A stretch of 64,000 bases of DNA from assembly GCA_051362555.1 (NCBI GenBank), contig CM120642.1, positions 9,734,001 through 9,798,000 on the forward strand. Direction: 5' to 3'. Positions within the stretch are counted from its first letter, which is position 1; the number at the start of each line of letters is the position of its first letter. Source of the stretch: Lingula anatina (taxonomy: Eukaryota; Animalia; Brachiopoda). The position numbers and the translations under genes are program-made. This document shows positions 25,801-39,100 of this stretch, one piece after another. The notes beneath the pieces are model-generated. The model did not search any database. It saw only the letters and a program-made list of their open reading frames with translations, and was not told the origin of the DNA.

Positions 25801-28800
25801 ATATTACTACATCAAACTCAAAAGATAAATGAAAATAGAGATTTAAATAAATAGATAAATTGAGTAAATGAATAGATAAAAGGTTTTAAAAAATAGGCAA
25901 AAAAGGGTGAAAATGAAGATTGTCTTTATTTTCCTACAGAAGCCTCCAGATGACCCGCGAGTGAGACAGCTGGCCAATGAACTGGTCCAGACCCAGGGGG
26001 AGCTGGACCTTCTGCAGCAACTCCTGGCAGACAAGGACAAAGAAATCCAAGATGAAATGAGGAAGTCCACCAGGTCTAATCAGACTGTGGGTAAGTTGCA
26101 CCTGAACATTGCTATTTGTTTGTTTTTCAATTTAAATGGGGGAAAGTGTCAGGTTGCCCTTTTGTTTCGAATAGGAAGCCCTTTTTCAGGATTTTAGGAC
26201 GGTGAAATCATAGTTAAAAGCAATCCAGCTTGATGCAGTATTTTCTTCCCTCTATTTTCTTATGTACGGTAGTTCTTATACCTTATTTAAGCTGGTTCTT
26301 TATAAGCATAGTTGGGCTATTTTTTTTCACAATCCATTGTAAATGAATAGTAAAATAGTAAATTGAAATACATACTATCTAAAATACTTGAATATATGTT
26401 TTAGCTGCCCAGCAGGAAGAGATCACAGGATTACATGACATTCTAGAGGCACAGAGAGATGAAATATTACGTCTGAATGATCTGCTGGACAGACTGACTG
26501 GTGGACCACAAACAGGTGAAACACATAATAAACTTCAGATGTATTGATTTGAATATCTAAGTATTCATAAATCCAGTTATGTTATTTTCATTCCATCATT
26601 CAAATTTGATTTTAAAAAAGATTTGGGTCCTATTATTTGATGCAATTTTTTTTACTTGAAAATATATACCATACAGGTTCTTATATATACTCTGTGCACC
26701 TGTCTTGGAGTACACATTTTATATGGAATTATGCACCATGTAAGTTTTCATTTACTTAAAGGTCCAGGCTATGATGAGGAACTCCAGAGGCTATCAGATG
26801 AACTGAACAATTTAAGGAACAAACTCTACCAACAGAGACCACAAATCCAGGGTCTGGGCACCCCCCAACGAGGCCCTCAACCTACACAGGTTATAGCACA
26901 CACACAAGGAAATATTTCAATAATTGGCAGAATAAAATCTTCCATCTTTCTTTTGTTTTAACCAAATTGAATTTTCTTTTCTGTTGAACAGAAGCTTCCC
27001 AGACATTCTTATGTCCCATATGTGCGTTTTTTCTGTCATTTTTTCTTTTAATTGTTTTCTCTTAATTTTTTTAATCTACACCGTCGCAATTTACTTGGTT
27101 TTTCAGCCCATGCCTGTTGGGACAGGATCTCCACAGTTTGATCCATACTCAGCACGATCTGGAAGATTCTATTCTCCTGCACCTGGGGGAAGAGGGATGC
27201 CTGAAAGGCAATATCCTCAAGGTATGTATACATACTAGAATATCATTTTTTTTTTCTGTTTCTATACATTATATTTAGATGCTTGAAATTTGTTTTTTAA
27301 TTATGACTTCTTTCTCTGTATCTCAGAATAAGATATTTGTTGTATATTTGAAATTAGATATAATTGTTATTTTGATATTTTAGATAAGTTTTTTTGTAAA
27401 AATGGTAAGAAGTGATGGATTAACATTATATGATACAGCCCTATAACCACATAACAAGTTTTGGTTGAAAAACATACATGGATATCAAAATTTCATCCAT
27501 TAACATTATGATATGTATATCTTTTCAGGTGAAGGTGGTGGAGATGGTGGTGGACACCCTTCAGGCACTGGACCTGGATCGACCTTCATTCCAGGTCAAG
27601 GTCAAAGAGTGACCTTTGGTCCAGGTAGTCCAGGAGCTACATATATTGTCAGAGATCAGCCTTCATTGGCAGGTCAAGGTCAATTGTATGTACCTGTCTC
27701 ACAAGCTGGGGTCAGTGGAGGTCAACAAGGAGGTCAAGGTCAAGTAGGCGGTCAAGGTCAATCTGGTGTAGCTTATGTTCCTGTAGGTCACCCAATAGCA
27801 GTGCAACCATCTGGACCAGTGCAATATGTCCCAGTAACTCCTGGTCCTGGACAACCACCTGGTATGCTATTACCACTTTATATTCATTATTGGTGTTGGT
27901 GGCGTAGTAATATATACTTTGAGTTTTTAAACTTGCTTTCCCTCTCCTTGTGATTACTTTTAAAGAGGATTTCATGTTTATTTTATGATGCTTATATAAA
28001 GGAATGATTTAAGTTTTACAAATGCCATCACAGATCTTGGTAAAATGACACCATATCTGCATCAGTTTTAACAGATATATGTCCTTGTTGTAGCTTCTCT
28101 TTTAATGCAAAATTTCTTCAAGACAGATCCATAAATTCAATAAATGTGGAGAAAAGAGAATGTTGCATTCAATGATATACTGTGTTGTGATGTACAGGTA
28201 ACTGTACTTAGATTCAACATCATTTCAGGAGATGGCCAGAAGATGGCAGCAGTGAATCTACCAGGACAAGAAGTGCTTTTCTGTAATGTGCCCGAGCACC
28301 ATGACATGGTAATAGTTTGCCTTAATTCATATTTTTATAAATGAAAATGGACACAGTTTGGTCACCAGTGTTGCACTGGAATTTTGCAAAGGAACAAATA
28401 AAATTAAGAGAAGTAAACATGTAGAAATAATGATATCATTGTTTCATTTTTACCATTTTTACAGGAGGATTACATCGCACAGTTGCAGGAGAAGATTAAA
28501 GAATTAAAACAGAAAATAAAGGTACTAATAAAGAGAAAAACATATTCCTTAGGCTTACTCCTGTTAAACTGCTGTTCAGCAGTTATTTTAAAGGAAGCAA
28601 AATAAATTATTTGACTTAACTTTGCACCTAATTTAATAATTTAGTTTGCAGAGGGTTAAATTTCATGTTTGACACTGGTTTCTCCACCCTTAAGCTTTTT
28701 TTTATCATTTTCAGAAACTGGAAAAGAGAGAGATTTTATCAGCAGAAGCAGAGAGGAGCGCAGTGAAAAGACTGAGAGCTGAATTGGAGGTATAAACAGG

Positions 28801-31800
28801 GTAACATCTATGATACATAGAATGAGTATTTTTTCTGTTTTGAATTTTAAGTTAACCAGCTTGTCTGTCTGTCACTTTTCATTAGATGCACTTACTCAGA
28901 AACATTTACTTTTATTTCTGGTAATATTCATGGGACAGTTTAGTAGAATTAAATACATTATAGATATTTTAATAATAGACCTACTTGATTTCTGCTGTGT
29001 TTAAGGAATTCAAAGCATATTGTACCTTAATGTAGCAATATAAATTAATATATAATGATCATTTTTCTGGAAATTTCTTTCCTTAATTACCAAGGAAGGT
29101 ATATCCTATCAAAAACCTGTTGGCAAAAAACACCTTATTATAAACTTGAAACTCACTAATAGTGTATAGAACACATCATAATATTCTTTATTGTTTAGGA
29201 TATGGTAAACCTTGGCAATTAATAATAATTGATAAGTGTTGAAATTTCCAGGAAAACTAATATTTACTATATATATGTTTCACACCCATATTGTGTCTTT
29301 AGGATCGGCGTGATGAGTTGGAGGGATTGGATCTTGCAATGGAAAGACAAAAAGCCTCCCTTCTCCACATGAAGGAGGTGGAAGAAAAGTTGAAGGAGGA
29401 AAGGGAAGGAGCCCTGAAGGAACTGGAAGAACTCAAGAAAACTAATGCCAAAACCAATAGAAGAAGGTAAGTTTATGTATATGTCACAGGATAGTTGGTC
29501 ATTCAGTAGAATCACAGACCTTATTATTAATTGATGGAAGAACCCATCTTACAACCTTTTGTGTCATGTTTATTAGCATTATTAAATGACTGCTATTGTA
29601 TGTAATTTCCATATGTTCTTTTGTGCCATACTTAAAGTTTCAAGTGATTGGGCCTTAAATTTTAAGTTAAATTCAGTAAAAGATATGCATTCTTATATTG
29701 TATTTTCAGAGAATTCCTGGAGGGACGATCACAGTACAATGTGGCAGACTCAGACTACGAATACGACTACAATCCCAGACAGAGGAAAAGTCGTCTGAAC
29801 TACTTGGAGGACGAGATACAGTGCCTGGAGGAGACCCTTGCCAAGAGGAGGGCAGAGTTGAGGGAGGCAGACAGACTGCTACAGGAGTGTCAGGGGGACT
29901 TGCAAGATGCTAGAAATCAGGTGAGGTGGATCCTTTCTGATAATTACCTCCTACAAGAAAGGTCAGGTTTTAATTGGTGTTCAAATATCGCTGTCAAAGG
30001 TAAAAACGCCAAGGTTTAAAAATATTTCCAATTTCTCCAGGCCAAGACCACCATCCAGCAGTATGACCAGGCCAGAGAGGGCCTGGCCACCACTGTCCAG
30101 CAAGCAGAGGAGATAGAGAGGAGGTCCAAAGAAGCTGGTGTCCAGCTGGTTCAGGCCCAAGATCAGATAGAGGACCTTCAGAAGGAGATCAGGCAACTGG
30201 ATATGGAGAAGGCAAAGAAAGAGGCCACTCTACAGGGTATCCTTAAGGTATGGGATATTTGTTTGTGGTCAGCGCATGTGTGAGCACAATTGCCTTCTGC
30301 CATTATTGGAAATTGAACAGAACGTACTTAAAGGCTTAAAAGGCTGCCACTCTTCAAGATTTTGTCTTCCGTTAAACATTTAAATTGAAAAATTTATTTT
30401 GTTTGTTTGCAGTTTTATTTTATTGCACATTTGTTTTGTATCATTTTATGTGCTTTAGTTATTTGTTTATTTATATTTAAACAAACTTCTGCCAGGTTAT
30501 CTCTACAAAAGATGAAGAGTTTCGCAACTTGGATGAACAAGTGAAAGATTTGGAAGAGAGGTATCTTGAACAAGTATAATTTTAAAGTAAAATTAATTTA
30601 AAAACAAATGGACACTTCCCATTAAGTCCCTATTGATTAAGATTTACAGCATGCCAGAAATCATAAGTGAAAGGCATTTTGTCTATAATTGCCATGCGTG
30701 TCTTGTGTTTTCAGCGATAGATTGGATGCTAAAGAAAGTTTTTATTTTCAGACTGGATCAAGTGGAGGGTGAGCTAGGTCTGGCAGAGGAGAGAGAGAAA
30801 GAGACTCTGGCCAGTCTCAAAGACTGCGAAACTTTGCTAGAAAATAGAAGAACAGAGCTTGGAAAGATCAAATCACAGGTAAAATACAGTACTGAAACTT
30901 TCATGGTATGCAGAAAAATATGTATGTTTTAAAGTAAAGGGGTTAATGGCAGTTTTTATACTTAGTCTATATACTTGCTCTACTTTAAGTCTGCATTTTC
31001 CGTTTTTTCACCTAGATTGTCACTGAGTGGACACAAGACGGTAATTTGATACAGATTTGTTTGCAGTTTTATTTTATTGCACATTTGTTTTGTATCATTT
31101 TATGTGCTTTAGTTATTTGTTTATTTATATTTAAACAAACTTCTGCCAGGTTATCTCTACAAAAGATGAAGTTGCTATTTAGTATGTCTTTTATTTATTT
31201 GTTTGGTTGTTTATTCATTTGTGTCACTTATTTTTATCTAGATTGACTCTGAGAGGACACAACTTGAGAACTTAGACCACCAGGTGGGCAGGAGAAGCAC
31301 AGAACTTCAGCTGGTGGAGGAGAGCCTGGCCAGGAAGCAAGGAGAACTCAACAAACTGATGAGAGAGGCAGAGACCGAGGCTAGTAATAGACACAAGGAA
31401 ATACAGGTAACATTCAGTCATTACTTTATTTAGCCTTTCCTTATGCCACTGTAGCATAGTGGTATGAATATATCATCAAAGGTTAGGTAAGCTAAAAGAA
31501 AAAGAGACAGAAAAACATAACATTTTTGCATAATTAATAATCGGTTAGGGAGGAAAATGTCTTTGCTGTAGTAAAAATGTGGAATGTATTGCATAGATTT
31601 CATCTACATTTTGTCACCATTTAACAAATTTTCATGGTATAAATACCCTGTTACAGAAAATTATGACAATTGATAAGGATCCATATCACACTAGTTACAT
31701 ATAGGTGTCATATTTAGGTATTTAAGTTAAAAATAATTTTTTAACTTCACTAGGAGTTACGTCTGACAGCACAGGAGTTGCAAGCACAACAGCGCACTCT

Positions 31801-34800
31801 ACAGGCAGATATTGGTGACAAACAGGACCAGTTGCACACCATTAAAGAAAATATCCAGGAAAATGAGGAGAGCCTGCAGACCTTGACCTCCACGGTCAGC
31901 AAGAGTCGTGCCGAGCTGAAACATGTAGTGGACATGGTCAAGATGGAGAAATCGGAGCTTGATCAGGTCAGAGAGCAACATGGAGCCAAGCTGAAGGAAC
32001 TGGAGAGGACGCAGATTGCTCTCAGGGAGGTGAGGTCAAATTACTGCCTCTCCTTAAAGAACTTGTAGGATTTAGCTAAGAGAAGTAATCAGAAAGAGCA
32101 TGTTGTTAATGAATGTGTCACCAGATGTGTTTATTGGAATGGAAAATTTAGTGAATTTCTCAGTAATACTATTCAGTTTTCATCACTTATTGAGAAAACT
32201 GTTATGTTCACCTGTATTGAAGTATATTTTTACATTTTGGTGGCTTACAGATGCTGTTGTCAAAGTCCCTGAAGTTTGTAAAAATTGCCATTTTACCAAA
32301 ACCCAAAGCCAAGAGGCAGCACAGTTATCAAGGACCACTACAAGTCACAAATAAATAATAACTAAAAAGTAGCAGGAGCAACAGTTTGAAATAAGTACTA
32401 AAGCTCACACTGATATACTATCCATAAGTATTTAGTCCTCAGTATTAAAAATAATCAATATTAATATCTTTAGGAAAAAGAAGACTTGGAATACATGCAA
32501 GGAGAAACTGGCAAGAAGCAAGTGGAATGCGAGAGGTTAAAACAGACCTTAGAGACTCAGAGAGAGACCACAGAAAGCCTGAAGTTGGAAAAAGAACTTT
32601 TGGAGGACAGCATTAACACCCTCGCCAAGGAGAAAGACCTCATACAGGAGAGCTACAAGTCATATGATGATAAGGTTAATCAACTGAAAAGGTAAAATCT
32701 GTCTGTTCTTTGCCTTTTTCAGTAAATTTCATGAGCAAAAATTTCAAGAGCATTTCTATTAGAGCTAACGGTACTCATGGTTTAAGTCCTGGTCCGTCTC
32801 ATAATAGTTTGTGGACACCTTTGTCGATACTAAATATGTAGGTTATGCAGGTTATAACTTCTAAATACTTGGGTGTAAGGCTATGTTTGTATCATTATAT
32901 TATTGTTTATACTTATGTCATCATTACAGCTGCGCCCCCGAAAAACAACTTCCACATGCACCAAAAATAGTTTTATCTGTCAGCAAGACATATTTTGAAT
33001 GAGCACAATACAAGTTTCATTTTATTCTTCTTTTTGTATAAATATGACAGTAAATTAAATCAGAATATTATTATTATGATTATTAATATCATTATTATCT
33101 AAAGTAAACTGAGATGCAACTTGCTTGTACATGCTGTTTACCTAATTAAATTCTTAATTTTAGTTAAAACTATTCTGGGCCAGGTTGGCTATTGGGGTGT
33201 GAGAAACGATCTTTGTTATAAAATATTTCTTATTTTTGCAATACTAAGCAGTAAAGTGAATATGTCCTCTTATTTTTTTAATAATTTATTTAATTATTTA
33301 GCCCTTTTCTTTCTTTTTGAAGTTTTTTTATGGTCTGATGGACGTGATAAATCATTAAGTGGCCAGTGCATGACATTAATTCATTGAGCACTAGAAAATA
33401 AAATTCCGTGACTTCTGCAATGGACAGGTTAAAAATGTTGAATTCCTTCAAGTGAAAGTCAGTAAGAGTTGAAATTGTTGAATTCTTTCAAGTGAAAGGT
33501 AATTAGTGTTTGTGGCCATATCACTTAGTCTGGTTGATTTTCATTGGTATCTGATTGCATAAAACGTGACGACAGGACAATTAAGTAGAGACAAATACCT
33601 CCCACAGGGGATTGGCTCATGCTGGTTACATTTAGAAATAATGAGTACCTAAGGTTCTACTGAAAGTACCATGGGTTCAGACTAAAAATACCAATTTTCT
33701 GCCATGATGTACATTTTACTTACTCGTTGTGTACTGCAAACTCCTTATGTGTCCTTATATATTATCAAGATCAAAACAAATCAAAATTGGGGTTCCCCTG
33801 AACTTATTATTACTTGATTTGGTGTTAATTAGTGAACTTTTAGCAAGGATACCTTTTATTTCTTAGGTGAAAATGATGGTAAATCTGTTATCACATATTG
33901 TGTAATAAAGTGTCAAAAATAGAAATGAACTTGATCATTGCAGTTTATCAGATCCAATCAGTCACTATGTTCAGAATGGAGCAAATTAGACATTTAAAAT
34001 TGAGCTATTGTATTCTTTCCCATCTTGACAATTTTCTTAGTTCATCATATCAAAATGACAGTAAATTATTATTTGGTTTTATGTTAAAAGTGTTGAAAAT
34101 GAAAATAAACTCATTTCAGGACAGTTATTTTTTGTTTACATTTTGGCATTTTCAAGGTGTGACTTTTGAAGCTCCATGGGCCTGAAGACATTTTCTAAAT
34201 ATCCATGTTACCTACAGTGCATAATTAAAGATTGTGATAATGCTGTTAAGCATTACGTATGTAATATTGCATCTAAATTGAAGAAAACACTATTTTGGGC
34301 ACTGCTGCCATAGTGACCATTAAAGGAAAACCATGTCACATGCTCTTCTTAAACTTACAGGAAAAGAAACATGGGACAAAAGATTCAGTTGAAAAACACA
34401 GTTAAAAAACCAGTCTGATTGGTTAATTTTTTTGATAGTTATAGTTTTTTTGTGAAAATTTAACTTTTAACGTATTGGCATTTTCAAGGTGTGGCTTTGA
34501 ACCATGTTTTGTTTATAAAATGTTAACTAAACAGTTCTTCAAATTCTATCCCATCAGTTTGGTATGAAATATAAATGGAATATGTATTCTTCAGAGCACA
34601 TCTGCAACTTGAAGACGGCATTCTTGCTGGACAGAGAAAGCAAGAAAGGTTAGAGACTCAACTGAAGGAGATTGAGAAGGAGGTTACCGAGGCAACAGCT
34701 GATAAAGAGGCTCTGGAACGGGATTTAAAGACCTACACTCAGCATATTAAAGGTGAATATGTGTCAGTTGGTTTATCATTTGTTTCATTTAAGATTAAAG

Positions 34801-34807
34801 CAATTCT

Positions 34808-34840
<33 letters not shown>

Positions 34841-36094
34841 AAATTTTCTTTGGAGTATTACAGAAAAACTGCTAATATTAAAGTGAAATACTATCAAATG
34901 AAATTTTCTTTCATATTTTTAGGTAAAAAATCTGAATTAAAAGGGTTGAAAGAAAACCTGAACGAAACTGAGCAGAAGAAAGAACAAATGGAAAAGGTAA
35001 TTTACCCAAAGAACATGTTAAATTTTGATTCTACAAATGTAAATTTGCCCAAGAAATTGATTTTTTTGGTTGTATTAATAAGTCAGTTCGGAATCCATAT
35101 TTCAGACAGGGGCGGATTTAGGCCATCTTCTGTGTCTTCCGGAAGACGGTCAGATTTTTAAGTTTACATTGTCCAGCATCTAATGTTTTCTGTCGGAAGA
35201 CGGTAAAAATTGGAGGATGGATCAACAAAGATAATTTGGAAGGCTGTCAGAAAATACCTTTGGATCCGCCCCTGTCAGAGAAGTTAGCAATCAATCACTA
35301 GACAACCGCATGATATTCAACCATTCATTGTATTAAAGGGGAAGCTTGTCATGTATGGATAGAAATGGAGTCATAAGTGAAAAACATTACCATCTTGTTT
35401 GTGATTATTTTCCCATCCAGCAATTGAAGGAGACCAGAATGGCCACAGATGGTGCTCTGGTGGAGTTGCAGCGTGTCCAGGACTCAATACGTCAATCTGA
35501 GCAGACACAGGAAGAATGCTTCAAACAGCAGACACAGAAGCAGGACCTTATACGCCATCTGGTGACAGAGGTAGAAGAAAAGGAGGCGGAGCATCAACGT
35601 ATGCAGCAGGTACTGTATTTCATTTTTCTGATTATTGAATTACATATGTATAAAACTAAAAAAATGTTGACTAGCTGTGAGAATAGTAAAAAATAGTGAA
35701 ATTTAATCTCAAAAAAAATTCTTTGTAGTACACTAAGTTGAACTTTCACAGCCATGAATGGAAAGTTATGAAAGGTCTTAGTACTACTGATTATATCTGC
35801 AGTAACTGACCCGGCCCGCACAGTCAATCAACATATTCTGATCATCTGATAGTATTTCATTTAAACTCCTCAACAAAATTTTAGTTCACAAAATGCAAAC
35901 AAAGTAATTGAGTTAATACTCATAATATGTGATCCTTGAATAGTTTCTGATTCAAAATGATTTTTTCTCTGTTTTCATTTTAGGTTCTCCATAGAGTGAA
36001 AAAGGAACTTGAGAGAGAAGAAACTAAGTTAAGCAGAGTAAGCATCTCCCTTGGCTTGTGTGTCAGTGTGCACGACAGGTGTGTGTGTGCATGC

Positions 36095-36137
<43 letters not shown>

Positions 36138-39100
36138 AGTTTTAGTCATCTTCTCATTTTTTCCCTATGTTACAACCCATTGCTACCTCACCTTAATTGG
36201 TAGGATTTTCCCCACCTTTTTTCACTAGCATCTCTCTTTGGATAGTTATTTGGTCAGTTTTGTTACCTTTAATAGCTACATGATGAATATTGAATAATTG
36301 CTGCTGCATTGTTGGGTTGATATGGAATGTTAACAAATAAACAATGATCTATAATTTTATTCTTCTTTAGCTTCTCAGTAATGGTCGTCTTGAGTTGGAA
36401 AATATTAAGACAGAGGCTGCTATGAAACAAGATGAGCTGGATCAAAACGATAAACAACTTAAACAGTTTAAGGTATGTATATTAAGTTTGAATTGTAAGC
36501 CTGTTGAAAAATCCCTATATTTACAGACATATAATTTATCTCATTTCATTTAATTTATTTTGACTGGGCTCCCACAGATTTAGATCGATCCATCTGGATC
36601 AACTTAACTCCCTGGGGGTTCACGCTAAATTGCGCACAAAAGTTAATTACCCCTCACAGCTTTTTAGTAGGCGGGACAGACATTTAAGCTGGTTAAGCTG
36701 AGAGCAATCTAGTGAAACTCCCCAGGGGGATAGATCGTTCTAAATATCTATGGGAATGGTCTCTTTGTTGACAGAACATGCATTTTCTGAAACCTTAATA
36801 CATTTTGAATTACAATTTTTTTCAAACTTGTAAATTTTTAAAAATGATATTTTAACAGAAACAAATGGAAGAGCTTCAACATACGGAAGAAAAATTTGTG
36901 GAATTGGAACAAAAAGTCAGTCAGTTGGGTAAGTTACATAAATGTACTAGACACATGTTCTGATGAGGTTCCTTTTGCCTCATAGTGGATAGTTAAAGAT
37001 TACTGTATTAGATTAACAACTCCAGGGCCTGTTTTCAAAAGAACTGTAAATTGGTGTTAACTTTTCGACCAAAATTTAAGTCTACTATTTACCAACATAG
37101 AACAGTAATATGTAGTCTAAACGCATTGCTAATATTTCAGACCAGTATTTATTTATTATGTATTTATCTTTAATGAAGTAGACTAAATTAAATATCCAGC
37201 TGAAATTCTTGTATGAATCTGGTCCCTAAATGGTATTGGTAACCAAGGGATCATCTTGACACTTTACTGATTATTGTTTTTATCTTTTGGATAAAAGATA
37301 GTGCATAATGCATTGGTGTCAATTCATCTAAATTTTGATAGAAGGAGCATTATGCTGTTGAAAACAAATAATGTGGATAGATAGAGCAACTGAAGTTCTA
37401 TAAATATGTATGAGAGTCCTTACCTCTGATAAAAGCATTTTTATTAGTTAAATGATACAATGTTGAGGAAACTGACAAAAACATGCATGAAAGGCTGTAT
37501 CCACAAATTAAACTGTTGTATCAAAAACAATGTTTGATGAATTATATCCTGTTTCAGAAACTGCAGTTTCAGAGGCCAGTAATCAGAGGTTATCTTTGGA
37601 ACGGGTAGGTTCATGAAAAAAAGTGAAATATGGGGATAGTTCTGGCAAAACTGGGTAGAGACAGATTGTATTCTTGATAATCCTGGATGGAGAAGAATAG
37701 ATGAATAGCAGTGTAATCTAAAATGCTATACATTCTTAAGTCTTTTCTGTCACATTCTGGAAGTTCATATTTCTTTGTGATTTCTCTTGACATCATGTCA
37801 CAAGAAGTCTTGTAAATTTTAAAGGATCTTTCTAGATCCTTTTACCAGTAGATCTCAAGTAGATGCTGTTTAATATCTTAAATCTTTTAATGCAACTTGA
37901 TTTTTTTTCATTTATTTTTGAAGTCTTTAGATTAATAATACTGTTTCACAATATCTTTAAACTCACATTTTTATGAATATTTGCTTTTTTGATTGGGCCT
38001 TTAACAAACCTGCTTATTTGTCATATTAATGTTAATTTGTGATGTGATATTTACATGTTTTGCTTTAGCATTATCATAAAATGGCATTTGTCTTCTGATT
38101 TCATTGTACCACCAGCGTTAGCGCTGGCGGTACACATGGTTTCGGTCCCGTCCGGATAGTTCCGCCGGCTCCGCCGGACGGCTACCGTTACCGCTTCTCC
38201 TCCTAGACGGTAAGGGCCCCCGTACCCATCTCATGGATTTAGGTCACCTATAATCTCAACTCGTTCCACGTAAAATTTGGGCTTTGTCGGTATTGGGGTC
38301 TGGGTGTGGTACTCATTACAATGCACCCTTGTCTAAAAATGGCAAAATTAAGTGCTAATTATCTACCCTACGGAAGGAGTTATGGGAAAAATTTCTATAG
38401 ACGGCTTTCCAAAAGTCATATGTGTAGATTTCAAATATACCCTTGGATTTGACCTTTGACCTTTACTTCAAGGTCAAATGGGTCAAAATTTTCAAAAAAA
38501 TGAAATTTTTTACGAAAAAAATTTTTTTTGCCCTGTTATTCAGACACTACACAGACTTAACCAATAATATTATTGGAAAGTGTTACCCTTCAGGTCATCT
38601 TTCATCTCCATGAATTTGGGGTCAATCGGTGCATTTTCACGGGTGTAGCGGCCATAAGATACCGAAACTGAAAACTGTCTCTAATTCGGGAACCGTTAAT
38701 GCTAGATAGACCCATTCTTTTTTGCATTTTGTAGAGCATGTAAAGCCCAACACTGGAGGTGGTCTCCGTTTTTTTGTATTCCATACGGTTTTCGAGTTAC
38801 ACTGTATCAAAAAGTACATATTGGTGGTAAAAGCAAAATGTGCAGTACGGTAATGGATAATAAATTTTGAACTCTGGAAAAATAAAACATAAGGCTTGGC
38901 AAAGCAGACAACTTGTGTTCAAAAATGACATTATTTCATCAAATTTGAACTTCTGAAACTTCAGAGCATCTCCTATTTCAAGAATTTTGACCAAAATGAC
39001 ATTTTCTTTATTTTAATTAATTTTTTCTGTACGAAATTTAAGGCACATTATGGTAACTCCAAAATTATAACATTTAGTCCCTTATATCTCCAAAACTGGC

